64,000 nt of DNA, taken from positions 10,596 through 74,595 of the forward strand of contig JADHWC010000001.1 of NCBI GenBank assembly GCA_016783665.1. The letters are read 5' to 3'. The notes under the pieces are model-generated. The model made no database searches. It was not told where the DNA came from and worked only from the letters and a program-made list of their open reading frames with translations. A program made the position numbers and the translations under genes. Source of the stretch: Fidelibacterota bacterium. Lineage in GTDB: Bacteria; Fidelibacterota; UBA2242. Positions 17,050-26,827 of the stretch are shown here, piece after piece (within the stretch, counting starts at the first letter, position 1; each line of letters begins with the position of its first letter).

Positions 17050-19812
17050 TTAAGAAGTCAACACCCTGTTTAATTCATCTAAAATAGTGCTGAACTGTTC
17101 TCCAAATACTTGATACGCTTTCATCAAGCCGCCGCGATCATAAAAGGGCACGTTGTCAAAGTCATCTACTTCGATCTCCACGCTGGTGGCAATGTGGTCT
17201 TTGATCATCTTCAGCCATTCCAGCTGTTCCGGGCTGAAGTCGTTGCCTGCTTTACGCTGATTTTCCAGCCAGTTCTCAAAGCGCTGATCGATACTCTGAT
17301 AGAAGGGCGTCAACTGCTCCTCTTTACCCAAACCGTAGCGAATCAATGAAATCAGATCGGTGAGCAGTTTATCCGGTCCCCGCCGCCGTACCCGGTCCTT
17401 ATCCAGCTGCTCAAATGCAAACCAGACCCGGTCGGTATTCAAGTTGTAGGGCGGGTTCTCCATCCGTTTTGCCAGTTCTTTGATCATCTCGTAAGTCAGA
17501 TGACGTTTATCATAAGGTTGATTGTAGATGATCTGAAGCGCCGTGATCTCATCCTGATTGGCTTGCATGAATTCCCGGAAGGATTTGATGAGGACATTAG
17601 CCTTCTTTTTAGCATCACTGTCATAGCCGGCGGATACAACATTATCTATACTGACAGTATCAATGGTTTGTTCATTGCGCTGCTTTAGTTCAATGAGTTT
17701 ATTCCTGAACTTCGGATCGTCAAATACTTCGCAGGCATCCCTGGTAAGTTCGTCCGCAGCCTGTTTTATCTGTTCCCCGGAAGGTGAATCTGTCTGAAAT
17801 AGCGTTTTTGCTTTTTCTGTTTGAATATCAGGATCCACGGCATCCAGTAATTGATTGCTTATAGCGGTTAATAATTTACCGCCGGAAACGTCTTCCAATT
17901 CCTTTTGCTGCTCTTTATCTAATTGCAGGTTCAGGCGTGACAGGCGTCCGGCAAGCGATTTAATTGTATCTTCATCCCGTGCGCCAAAGGCGATCTGCTG
18001 GATCAGTTTATTAAATGGAACTGTGCGTTTGCGCTCCAGCGGTTTGGAATCAATTTTCACCGATTCCGTAACACCAACTGCATCTACTACAATAAAATGG
18101 GTTTTATCACGAGTATCCGGAGTTACTGCCACAAGGTCGGTACTGGAAATGACTCTTGTACCGCGCCCGATCATCTGTTCAAAGTACAGCCTGGATTTGA
18201 TATTCCGCATGAATAGCAGACATTCCAGGGGTTTAATATCCGTTCCGGTGGAGATCATATCCACAGTTACGGCAATACGAGGATTATAGGAGTTCCGGAA
18301 ACTGGCAATCAGGTTTTCCGGCGTGTCGCCAGTGGTCTTGTAAGTGATCTTCTTGCAGAAGTCATTACCTTTATCGAATTCCTGCCGGGTTATCTGAACG
18401 ATATTCTCGGCGTGAGCATCATCTTTAGCAAAGATGAGGGTCTTGGGAACTTCCGTTCTGCCGGGGAATATCTCAGTGTACAGTTTATCACGGAAAGTGC
18501 GGATGACCGTACGTATCTGATCGACAGAGACTACTTCCCGGTCTAATTGCTTTTCGGTATAGACAATGTCCTCATCCAGTTGTTCCCAGCGCTTTTCCCG
18601 TGTGTACCGGTCTTGCTTCGCAACCCAGAAACCGGCGTCGATTTTACTGCCCTGCTCTGTAATCTGAGTTTGAATACGATATACTTCAAAACCGACATTC
18701 ACCCGGTCGGCAACCGCCCGCTCATGGTTATATTCCATGACCAGGTTTTTATTGAAGAATCCAAAAGTCTGCTTGGAGGGTGTAGCCGTCAATCCAATGA
18801 TAAAAGCATCAAAATATTCCAGCACCTGTCGCCATTGGTTATAAATCGACCGGTGACATTCATCAGTGATGATGAAATCAAAGGTTTCTATCGGGATTTG
18901 CGGATTGTAAACGACTTCTTTTGGTGGAATAGTTTCGTCAGTAACATCGTACAGGGAAAGTTCTTCCAAGTCGTCTTCAATGGGTTCGCCTCTGAGCATA
19001 CTGTAAAGGCGCTGAATTGTTGTAATACAGACTTTATTGACCGGATCAATTACGTTAGATGAAAGCAACTGAACATTATATAATTCAGTGAATTTCCGTC
19101 CGTCGTCAGGAGTGATATATTGAGCAAACTCACCGCGAGTCTGGCGTCCCAGAGTTTTACGATCCACCAGAAAAAGGATGCGTTTCGCCCTGGCAAATTT
19201 GATCAGGCGATAGACAAACGATACCGCTGTAAAGGTCTTACCACTGCCGGTAGCCATCTGGATTAGTGCCCGTGGACGCGCATTCCGGAAAGAGTGGTCA
19301 AGGTTAGCTATCGCTTCCACCTGGCATTGACGGAGTCTGTTGGTCAGTAGCGGTGGTAATTGCCGTAAGCGCTTCCTGAGTGTGACAGACTCATTCAGAT
19401 ACTCCTGAAGCGTTTCCGGTCGGTGAAAATTGAATACGCGCCGGGATCGTGGACTGGGATCACGTTCATCGGTAAAATATGTCTCAATACCCGTACTTTC
19501 ATAAGTGAATGGTAACGGTGATTGAACATGTGGTATTTTGTCCGGGAAGTTGTGACCGTATTTTATCGATTGCTCATGAACGCCACTGAGTGTGGTGCCT
19601 TCCGGCTTGGCTTCAACAACACCGGCACCTTGACGGTCTATGAATAATACATAATCAGCAGGACCGGCATTAGTCGGGAACTCCCGAACGGCAACGCCTA
19701 ACCCGACACCGAGATTAATAGCTTTAACGTCCTGTATAATCCATCCTGATTGAGTTAACAGTTGATCGATATGTTGGCGCGCCAGTTCTTCAGGCGTCAT
19801 TTTTGGTTGCAC
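17050..19812 (-). CDS. hsdR: Type I restriction enzyme R subunit HsdR (SF2 helicase/translocase + nuclease)
   Basis: 920 aa. Walker A MATGSGKTFTAV. DEAH box ITDECHRS. HsdR-type N-terminal domain and C-terminal helical domain. Confidence 0.9.
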   Translation of the reverse strand: MQPKMTPEELARQHIDQLLTQSGWIIQDVKAINLGVGLGVAVREFPTNAGPADYVLFIDRQGAGVVEAKPEGTTLSGVHEQSIKYGHNFPDKIPHVQSPLPFTYESTGIETYFTDERDPSPRSRRVFNFHRPETLQEYLNESVTLRKRLRQLPPLLTNRLRQCQVEAIANLDHSFRNARPRALIQMATGSGKTFTAVSFVYRLIKFARAKRILFLVDRKTLGRQTRGEFAQYITPDDGRKFTELYNVQLLSSNVIDPVNKVCITTIQRLYSMLRGEPIEDDLEELSLYDVTDETIPPKEVVYNPQIPIETFDFIITDECHRSIYNQWRQVLEYFDAFIIGLTATPSKQTFGFFNKNLVMEYNHERAVADRVNVGFEVYRIQTQITEQGSKIDAGFWVAKQDRYTREKRWEQLDEDIVYTEKQLDREVVSVDQIRTVIRTFRDKLYTEIFPGRTEVPKTLIFAKDDAHAENIVQITRQEFDKGNDFCKKITYKTTGDTPENLIASFRNSYNPRIAVTVDMISTGTDIKPLECLLFMRNIKSRLYFEQMIGRGTRVISSTDLVAVTPDTRDKTHFIVVDAVGVTESVKIDSKPLERKRTVPFNKLIQQIAFGARDEDTIKSLAGRLSRLNLQLDKEQQKELEDVSGGKLLTAISNQLLDAVDPDIQTEKAKTLFQTDSPSGEQIKQAADELTRDACEVFDDPKFRNKLIELKQRNEQTIDTVSIDNVVSAGYDSDAKKKANVLIKSFREFMQANQDEITALQIIYNQPYDKRHLTYEMIKELAKRMENPPYNLNTDRVWFAFEQLDKDRVRRRGPDKLLTDLISLIRYGLGKEEQLTPFYQSIDQRFENWLENQRKAGNDFSPEQLEWLKMIKDHIATSVEIEVDDFDNVPFYDRGGLMKAYQVFGEQFSTILDELNRVLTS

Positions 19813-19920
19813 TTTCGAGTTAGATTAATCATGTTCGTATCAATCGTTGCATTTTAATTAATGCAGTGGATATATGCAACTGAAAACAGTTATTCAGATA
19901 TTGCTTTTAAAAGCCATTCG

Positions 19921-19940
19921 CTGAACAGTGCCCTGTTCAG
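19921..19940. promoter_or_regulatory. Perfect palindrome CTGAACAG-TGCC-CTGTTCAG ~110 nt upstream of hsdR start
   Basis: 8-bp arms with a 4-nt spacer, visible directly. Contains a GAAC-N8-GTTC core. Candidate operator in the hsdR promoter region. Confidence 0.3.
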
Positions 19941-20209
19941 ATTGGGGTTATCCAGGAATTTGTCGAGGTTCTGGGGCTGTATAAAAATACATGTGAAATC
20001 AGGGGAAAAAGGTGAAACTAATGAGATCTAACTTGCTCTCTAACAGGAATCTATGATGATTAATCTGTTCTGATGGGCAGAGAAACTTCCCCTTTTCGAC
20101 GAGAGAGAATTGTTAAAAATTTTGAAATTTTACATGGTACTTTTGAACGAAAATGGGCATTCGACAGTAAAACTCTATCTCTGTAAGTTGTTGATTGTCA
20201 ATTGCTTGT

Positions 20210-20257
20210 TGGTAGTACCCCGAGCAGGACTCGAACCTGCAACCCTCTGCTTAGAAG
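20210..20257 (-). other. tRNA-like 3' fragment (T-arm + 3' acceptor strand), possible att remnant
   Basis: The minus strand reads ...GCAGGTTCGAGTCCTGCTCGGGGTA...CCA. A T-stem/loop with the GGTTCGAGTCC signature and a 3' acceptor strand are present. No matching 5' acceptor strand, D-arm or anticodon arm lies upstream, so it is not a complete tRNA. Confidence 0.4.
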
Positions 20258-20281
20258 ATATTTGGTTTGTTAACGGGTGAG

Positions 20282-20313
20282 AAAATTCCGTATACGTCGT
20301 ATACGGAATTTTT
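20282..20313. terminator. Perfect 15-bp inverted repeat AAAATTCCGTATACG-T-CGTATACGGAATTTT followed by T run (bidirectional terminator-like hairpin or operator)
   Basis: Visible perfect palindrome. A-run on one side and T-run on the other, giving a U-tract in either orientation. Lies in a ~1 kb non-coding spacer at the island boundary. Confidence 0.4.
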
Positions 20314-20793
20314 AATAGATTTCTCGTCTATTAATTAAAACGCTGTGCAATTCATTTTAAGTATGTTAATTCAAAAATTTTACCACTGATTATTGTAAAC
20401 AAAGAGGTTGATTTTTATATCCAAATCTGACTCTAATTATAGAGATTGGTTATGTGCTAAGCAGAATATTTCTGTAGAATGGCGTGGATTTGATTGACAG
20501 TTTTATTAATGGGTAGTTTATCAAGTTTTTCTGACGATTGATTATCTTTATCTCTAGTTTCAAAGATCTGTTTTAAGTAATCCATTGGAAATTTTAAATA
20601 AATTTCGGAGGTGGTGTGAAGCCCGGCGGCGTGGTTTATTAGGAATTTATTAAGTAGATTAATAAGAAGTGAGCTTCCGGCATTTTTGAAAATTAATTAC
20701 GCGGGTTTCAAAAAGTGGAATGAATAATTTGATATAACTGATTATATTATGTTCAGGTGATAGATGGATTACATTCAGAGAAATAAGAGTTAA

Positions 20794-23694
20794 ATGAATA
20801 ATAAGCATCATAGAAATTGTTTCACCTTTAATCTGTTTATCCTGATCTGTCTATTAATATCCGCCAAACTCCTTGCTTCCGGGCAGATATATTTAAGTTC
20901 ATCAAACCTCCCGATTGTAAAAATCGATACTTATGGTCAGGAAATACAATATACTGAATATATTGTTGCAGACATGAAAATCATCTGGAATGGCGATGAT
21001 GAACGTAATTATCCGGATAATCCTCCGAATGATTATGATGGACGAATTGAAATAAAGACGAGAGGTCACTCATCATATTACTTTTTTCCTAAAAAACAGT
21101 ACCGTATAGAAACGCAGGATTCCCTGGGAAATAATCTGAATGTATCTCTCTTGGGGCTTCCTGCTGAAAATGATTGGATTCTATATGGTCCCTATTCTGA
21201 TAAAAGTCTTATCAGGAATGTCTTAGCTTATACTCTGGCGGCTGAGATTAATGACTATGCTCCCCGAACAAAATTCTGCGAATTGATGCTGAATGGAGCT
21301 TATCTGGGCGTATATGTATTCACCGAAAAAATCAAAAGAGATGACAGCCGGGTTAATATCACAAAATTGCTTCCTGAAGAAAACAGCGAACCGGAAATTA
21401 CGGGTGGATACATTTTTAAAAGAGACCGAGTAGATGATGGAAATATATCGATCCGGTTGAATACCGGTCTTGAACTGGTAATTACCGAACCTGATGAAAA
21501 AAGTATATCAATCTCTCAAAAGGCCTGGCTGAAAAAATATTTGAATGATTTTGAATCGGCACTATATAATTCGAATGGTAAATATAGAGATTATATTGAT
21601 GTACTTACCTTTGTAGATAATTTTCTGATTGTTGAATTTACTAAAAATATTGACGGTTACCGTTTATCGACTTATTTTTATAAAGATAGAAATGAGAAGA
21701 TAAAAGCCGGCCCGGTCTGGGATTATAATTTGTCCTTTGGCAATGCGGATTATAATGACGGCTGGTCAACTGAGGGATGGTACTATCCTCTAATATGGGA
21801 AATGGAAGTCTATTGGTTTGACGATCTTATAAATGATCCCGAATTCAATAATCTATGTGCAACGAGATGGCAGGAACTCCGTCAGAACACCTTAAACATT
21901 CCTCATATTTTTTCTCTGATAGATGAGTGGGTTGAGCTACTAAGTGAATCACAGGAACGTAACTTTTCACGATGGGCCATACTCGGATTGTATATCTGGC
22001 CTAATCCGGGATATTCTGAATCCGGTAATTACGGTTTTGTTTCTCCGACCAGTGGAGCGCCAAGCTCCTGGATAGAAGAAATTGAATATATTAAGGATTT
22101 TATTTCGGAAAGAGTTCAATGGATGGACGAACAGTTTGGAGTAAAATTTACAGAATTACATTTAGAAATACGGGAAAACGGGTGGGGCAAGATTATTTAT
22201 AATGATAAACTAATATCAGACTATTTACACGTTGGAGTTTTTCCGACAGATTCGCTATTGTCAATTAGAGCAGAACCAGCTTCAGGGTACCGATTTATCC
22301 GGTGGGAAGAAACTAATCTGGGGAATGAATCTATTAATTTGATAAGTAAATGCGCTATCTGGAAATATTTGGATAACGGAACCGATCAGGGAACGGACTG
22401 GCGGGAATTAATATTTAATGATTCCGAATGGAAAGAAGACGCTGCGGAACTGGGTTATGGGGACGGAGATGAAGCTACGGTGATTTCCTATGGTCCTAAT
22501 TCTAATCAAAAATATATTACTACCTACTTCAGGAAAACCTTTACAATATCTGATGTTGATAATACTGATAAATTAACTTTGGAATTGCTTAGAGATGATG
22601 GAGCGATAGTCTATCTTAATGGAAGTGAGGTAGTCCGCTCAAATATGCCTGGAGGTGTAATTTCTTATAATACTCTTGCATCTGACTACATATCGGGGGA
22701 GAATGAAAAGATATTTCATAAGTATTCAATTAATCCTGATTATTTACTGGAAGGAAATAATGTAATCGCTGTGGAAGTCCATCAGGCGACACTGTCTAGC
22801 TCCGATCTCAGTTTTGACTTCAGATTATCAGCAGAAAAAATAATGGGGAACGAGAATGAAATAATCAGTACGGATCGTGAATTATGCTGCATTCTGACAA
22901 ATGATAACTCATTAATAACGGCAGTCTTTGAACCGGATGAAACAAATACCGCTTCTATTTTAATTAATGAAATATTAGCCAGCAATGATTCTTGTAATAT
23001 TGATAATTTTGGTGAATATGAGGACTGGATTGAAATTTTTAATTGTGGTGATTTACCTTTTGATATTGGCGGTCTTTATTTTTCCGATGATTTGGAGAAC
23101 CCGAAATTATATCAGATACCCACTAATGTATCTCACTTGACGACTGTCAAGCCTGATAGTTTTTTGATTTTATGGGCTGATAGTGACACATCTCAGGGCG
23201 CTTTACATTTGAATTTTAAATTGGATAAGTCCGGTGAATCCTTAAGTATAACCCGTATTAGTAACGGTGAAATAAATTATATTGATTTGCTATATTATCT
23301 GAAACAGAATACGGACGTCTCATATGGCCGTCTTCCCGATGGCAGTAATAATTGGTGTAATTTTTCCGTACCTACTCCCGGATATAGCAATAGATCTGTA
23401 GCAACCGATTATCGGCAATCCGGTTTGCCACGCGACTTTGCCCTTGAACAGAATTATCCAAATCCTTTTAACGAGCGCACGAATATTTCCTATCAGTTAC
23501 CCTATTCTACCCATGTGAATATTAGTATATATAATATGTTAGGGCAGTTAGTAAAAACCCTTGTAAATGGAAATAAAGAGGCGGGATTTTATACCGTTAA
23601 TTGGGACGCGGCTGGTGTAAGCTCCGGTTTGTACTTATATACAATTCAAGCCGGCGATTTCTCGGAAATTAAAAAGTGTATATTTATGAAATAA
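20794..23694 (+). CDS. Secreted CotH-kinase-domain protein with lamin-tail domain and T9SS C-terminal sorting domain
   Basis: 966 aa. Signal peptide. N-terminal CotH-like region (KKQYRIETQD...DKSLIRNVLAYTLAAEINDYAPRTKFCELMLNGAYLGVYVFTEKIKRDD). Conserved GYGDGDEATVISYG...NVIAVEVHQ beta-sandwich module. Lamin tail domain (EYEDWIEIFNCGDLPFDIGGLYFSDD). T9SS CTD (NYPNPFNERTNISYQLP...GLYLYTIQAG...KKCIFMK). Confidence 0.8.
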   Translation: MNNKHHRNCFTFNLFILICLLISAKLLASGQIYLSSSNLPIVKIDTYGQEIQYTEYIVADMKIIWNGDDERNYPDNPPNDYDGRIEIKTRGHSSYYFFPKKQYRIETQDSLGNNLNVSLLGLPAENDWILYGPYSDKSLIRNVLAYTLAAEINDYAPRTKFCELMLNGAYLGVYVFTEKIKRDDSRVNITKLLPEENSEPEITGGYIFKRDRVDDGNISIRLNTGLELVITEPDEKSISISQKAWLKKYLNDFESALYNSNGKYRDYIDVLTFVDNFLIVEFTKNIDGYRLSTYFYKDRNEKIKAGPVWDYNLSFGNADYNDGWSTEGWYYPLIWEMEVYWFDDLINDPEFNNLCATRWQELRQNTLNIPHIFSLIDEWVELLSESQERNFSRWAILGLYIWPNPGYSESGNYGFVSPTSGAPSSWIEEIEYIKDFISERVQWMDEQFGVKFTELHLEIRENGWGKIIYNDKLISDYLHVGVFPTDSLLSIRAEPASGYRFIRWEETNLGNESINLISKCAIWKYLDNGTDQGTDWRELIFNDSEWKEDAAELGYGDGDEATVISYGPNSNQKYITTYFRKTFTISDVDNTDKLTLELLRDDGAIVYLNGSEVVRSNMPGGVISYNTLASDYISGENEKIFHKYSINPDYLLEGNNVIAVEVHQATLSSSDLSFDFRLSAEKIMGNENEIISTDRELCCILTNDNSLITAVFEPDETNTASILINEILASNDSCNIDNFGEYEDWIEIFNCGDLPFDIGGLYFSDDLENPKLYQIPTNVSHLTTVKPDSFLILWADSDTSQGALHLNFKLDKSGESLSITRISNGEINYIDLLYYLKQNTDVSYGRLPDGSNNWCNFSVPTPGYSNRSVATDYRQSGLPRDFALEQNYPNPFNERTNISYQLPYSTHVNISIYNMLGQLVKTLVNGNKEAGFYTVNWDAAGVSSGLYLYTIQAGDFSEIKKCIFMK

Positions 23695-23963
23695 AGAAAC
23701 GTTTTAACCAAAGAATTCCTCCGGGCTTGCATCGGGAAAGTTCATTGTTAACAGGACGTGTATAAAGAAGGTGTAAAAGTTAAAATATGGTTTTGGCAAA
23801 ATAGTCAAACGAATATTTATCAATAAATTAACAAAGCTATATGTGATTATCATTTTGATAATAATCGTTTTGGAATATTAATAATCAAAGGTTATATTCA
23901 TTTGTATGAAATATATGGTACCTAAAAATTATGGATATTAAATAGTAAAAAGTCACAGATAAA

Positions 23964-25286
23964 ATGGTTACGAAGAATCGATATGAAAGATATAATATAT
24001 TATTCGCAGTATTCATTTTTGCGATTATACTTATTTTGGTTTATAACCTGATTTTACTAAACAAAGATAGATTTAGTTCTGAATCAACAACCAAACTATA
24101 TTTTGCTGATAATATGTCAGCGGCTCATTTAAAAATAATTCAAGAATTCAACAAATTATATTCCGGTAAGATTGAAATAGTCCCGATTGACCTGCCTTTT
24201 ACAAAATTTACTACGAATGAAAGAAAAGAGCTAATAGCTCGATCACTTCGAAGCAAAGATAGTCACATCGATATTTTTGCAGTTGATTTGATATGGGTTC
24301 CTAGATTTGCTAAATGGGCGGAACCTCTTTCTCTGTATTTTTCGCAAAAAGGCCTGTCGAAAATATTGTCTTATGCTCTCTCCACATGCTATTATGAAAA
24401 TAAATTAGTTGGGATTCCGCTTTATTTAGATATTGGTGTGATGTACTACCGTCGCGATATAATATGTAAATATCCCAATAGTTTAGAATTAGAAAAAAAA
24501 CTTAAAAATTCTATTTCCTGGAAGGAATTTATTCAATTAGGATTCAAACAAAAAACGAACAGACCCTTTTACGTATTTCAAGGAGATAGTTATGAAGGCT
24601 TAATCTGTAATTATCTTGAAGTATTTGGTGGAAACGGCGGCAGGCTTTTGACTAATAATAATCTGCAGATTAATTCAATCAAGGCGCAGGAAAGTTGCCA
24701 ACTAATGGTAGATTTGATTTGGAAGTATGATTTTTCTCCTAAGCTGGTTACGAGTTTTAATGAGAACGAGACTTATTATTATGCTTTGGGGAATGATGTC
24801 CCATTTTTTAGGGGTTGGGCAAGTGCTTTGAAGAATATATATGTATCTTCCGTGGATTCTAATAAGGTTCAATATCTTGAAGCTACTACTTTACCCCATT
24901 TCAAAGGGCATCAACCATCGTCAGTTTTTGGAGGATGGAATTTGATGATTTCTAAGAATTCGACAAAGAAAAAGGAGGCTTTAGAGTTTTTAAAGTACAT
25001 TTTGTCTGAAGAAGCGCAGAAGACTCTGTTTGAAACGTCTGGCTTATTACCCATTCTTACGAAAATTTACTATGATGAAATATTGATTGAAAACTATCCA
25101 TATTTTCCGTATTTACTGTCGCTTATAGAGCAAGGGATTCATAGACCACCATTAGTTGATTATACAAAAATTTCTGATATACTTTCATATCACATAAATA
25201 AAGCATTGAAGAAAGAATTATCTGTAGAAGATGCATTGCAACAGGCCGTAGAAATGATCGAATCAAAAAAAGTATTTGTTAGGTGA
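23964..25286 (+). CDS. Membrane-anchored extracellular solute-binding protein (ABC sugar-binding family 1 fold), likely sensor partner of adjacent kinase
   Basis: 440 aa. Single N-terminal TM anchor (NILFAVFIFAIILILVYNLILL) rather than a lipobox. SBP family-1-like segments (KIEIVPIDLPF, DIFAVDLIWVPRFAKWAEPL). No ABC permease or ATPase nearby. Followed by the histidine kinase and response regulator. Confidence 0.65.
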   Translation: MVTKNRYERYNILFAVFIFAIILILVYNLILLNKDRFSSESTTKLYFADNMSAAHLKIIQEFNKLYSGKIEIVPIDLPFTKFTTNERKELIARSLRSKDSHIDIFAVDLIWVPRFAKWAEPLSLYFSQKGLSKILSYALSTCYYENKLVGIPLYLDIGVMYYRRDIICKYPNSLELEKKLKNSISWKEFIQLGFKQKTNRPFYVFQGDSYEGLICNYLEVFGGNGGRLLTNNNLQINSIKAQESCQLMVDLIWKYDFSPKLVTSFNENETYYYALGNDVPFFRGWASALKNIYVSSVDSNKVQYLEATTLPHFKGHQPSSVFGGWNLMISKNSTKKKEALEFLKYILSEEAQKTLFETSGLLPILTKIYYDEILIENYPYFPYLLSLIEQGIHRPPLVDYTKISDILSYHINKALKKELSVEDALQQAVEMIESKKVFVR

Positions 25287-25336
25287 AATTTTGCCTTTTG
25301 TAGTATCTTAACGGTAAAGGTATTTTCTGGAATAAA

Positions 25337-26812
25337 ATGAAGTTCTTGAAAAGATTCTCACAGCATAATTTTGAAGTAAAGCATATTATCATTCTTTTCG
25401 TGGTTCTTGTAACTTTTCAGGTTGTTATATCCTATTTACATAAAGTTTCTATGAGTAATCTTATTACACAGACAATGGACTTATATAAAAAAGATTCCGC
25501 TGAAAGATTAGCAAATCTAACCGCAACTTCTCTGGAATTATTATTAGAACAAAGTTTGTTTGATCAAGAAAAAAGCCTCGAGAAAAGGCGTGAAATTATT
25601 CAAGCGTTTAATATTCTTCTGAATCAACAAACCCTGCAACAAAATGTAGATGAATTATGTCTGATATTTACATCGGAAGGTAAAACCTTTGCTATTGACG
25701 AGGGTGTATGGCTCTATAATTTCATTTTTCACTATGAAATTCCGGAAGCCCCCGATAAATGGTTTTATAATGAGGCGATTCACCGTTATCAGCAAATTGC
25801 CCGGGAAATAGAAGATACGGAACAGATATTTTGTAATTGGGATAATATTCAATCCTTTCATGTTCTTGTGCCCTTAGTGTTGAAAGGAGAATACGAAGGC
25901 GTTGTTTATATGAAAATAACGCCGGATGTCAGCCATATCACCCGGGAAATTTCAACGGTTTACGATGAAACCGGCATTATTTTTACTGCGCTAATTTTAT
26001 TTGGTCTTCTCGCCATGTTTTACATTACATCCTACACGGTTAAAGAACGCGATTTAGCCCAGGAACAGCTGTTCAAGGAGCGGGAACTACAGATTAAAAA
26101 GGATATTGCCCATCAGAAAGAAGCGCTTTTTACCAAGCGTATTTATCATGCTCATCACAAAGCCGAAAAAATCATGGGATTTATCAAAGATGAGATTCGC
26201 TTATTGACGGATAAAAATATTGAGAAATTCAAATATATTGTTACCCGGTATTCAAATTTTATTTCCCGGGTTATCTACGATATGAAGTGGTATGAACCAC
26301 CGCTTCACGCGACCCGTAATCCGTTATTCAATACGGATATCAATAAGGTAATCGAGTTTTTAGTTGAATATATTTTCAAACGTGTTTACAGCGAACACAG
26401 CGCTTATGAGTTTGTGCTTGATTTAGATAAAAACGTTCCAAAAGTACATATTAATGAGTATGTGGTCTGGGAAATTTTAGAGCCGTTGATTCAGAATAGT
26501 ATTGATCACAATAAAGAGAAAAATATTACTATTACCATTCGAACAAAATACCATAAAGAAGAGAAATACTCGGAAATTAGATTGAGTGATAATGGTAAGG
26601 GTATTACTCCGAAACTATTAAAATGTAATAAGAAAGGGTTAAAGGAGATATTTCTTGAACATACGTCCACCAGGGAGAATGCCCCCAATTCCGGTTATGG
26701 TTGCTATATTTCCTATGAATTAAGTGCTAAACGCTGTGGTTGGATAATAGATGCAGAGAATCTTGACGCTGGCGGTTGTGTGATAATTATCAAAATTCCT
26801 ACTAAAAATTAA
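25337..26812 (+). CDS. Sensor histidine kinase (two TM helices, periplasmic sensor domain, HATPase_c)
   Basis: 491 aa. TM1 IIILFVVLVTFQVVISYL. TM2 IIFTALILFGLLAMFYITSY. HATPase_c N-box (LIQNSIDHN), G1 (DNGKGI) and G2 (GYGCYIS). Confidence 0.75.
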   Translation: MKFLKRFSQHNFEVKHIIILFVVLVTFQVVISYLHKVSMSNLITQTMDLYKKDSAERLANLTATSLELLLEQSLFDQEKSLEKRREIIQAFNILLNQQTLQQNVDELCLIFTSEGKTFAIDEGVWLYNFIFHYEIPEAPDKWFYNEAIHRYQQIAREIEDTEQIFCNWDNIQSFHVLVPLVLKGEYEGVVYMKITPDVSHITREISTVYDETGIIFTALILFGLLAMFYITSYTVKERDLAQEQLFKERELQIKKDIAHQKEALFTKRIYHAHHKAEKIMGFIKDEIRLLTDKNIEKFKYIVTRYSNFISRVIYDMKWYEPPLHATRNPLFNTDINKVIEFLVEYIFKRVYSEHSAYEFVLDLDKNVPKVHINEYVVWEILEPLIQNSIDHNKEKNITITIRTKYHKEEKYSEIRLSDNGKGITPKLLKCNKKGLKEIFLEHTSTRENAPNSGYGCYISYELSAKRCGWIIDAENLDAGGCVIIIKIPTKN

Positions 26813-26827
26813 TAAGGATATAAAGAT

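Noticed and set aside
20210-20257. Possible complete tRNA gene on the minus strand
   Set aside because: Only a T-arm and 3' acceptor strand are recognisable. No complementary 5' acceptor strand, D-arm or anticodon stem is present upstream, so it is called a fragment or att-like remnant instead.
20459-20593. 44-codon minus-strand ORF (MDYLKQIFETRDKDNQSSEKLDKLPINKTVNQIHAILQKYSA) near the tRNA-like fragment, considered as an integrase or excisionase remnant
   Set aside because: No recognisable recombinase or Xis motif, no RBS and very short. Insufficient evidence.
23700-23963. TGGCA element (tttTGGCAaaatagtcaa) upstream of the solute-binding protein gene as a sigma-54 promoter
   Set aside because: No TTGC/TTGT -12 element at the required spacing.
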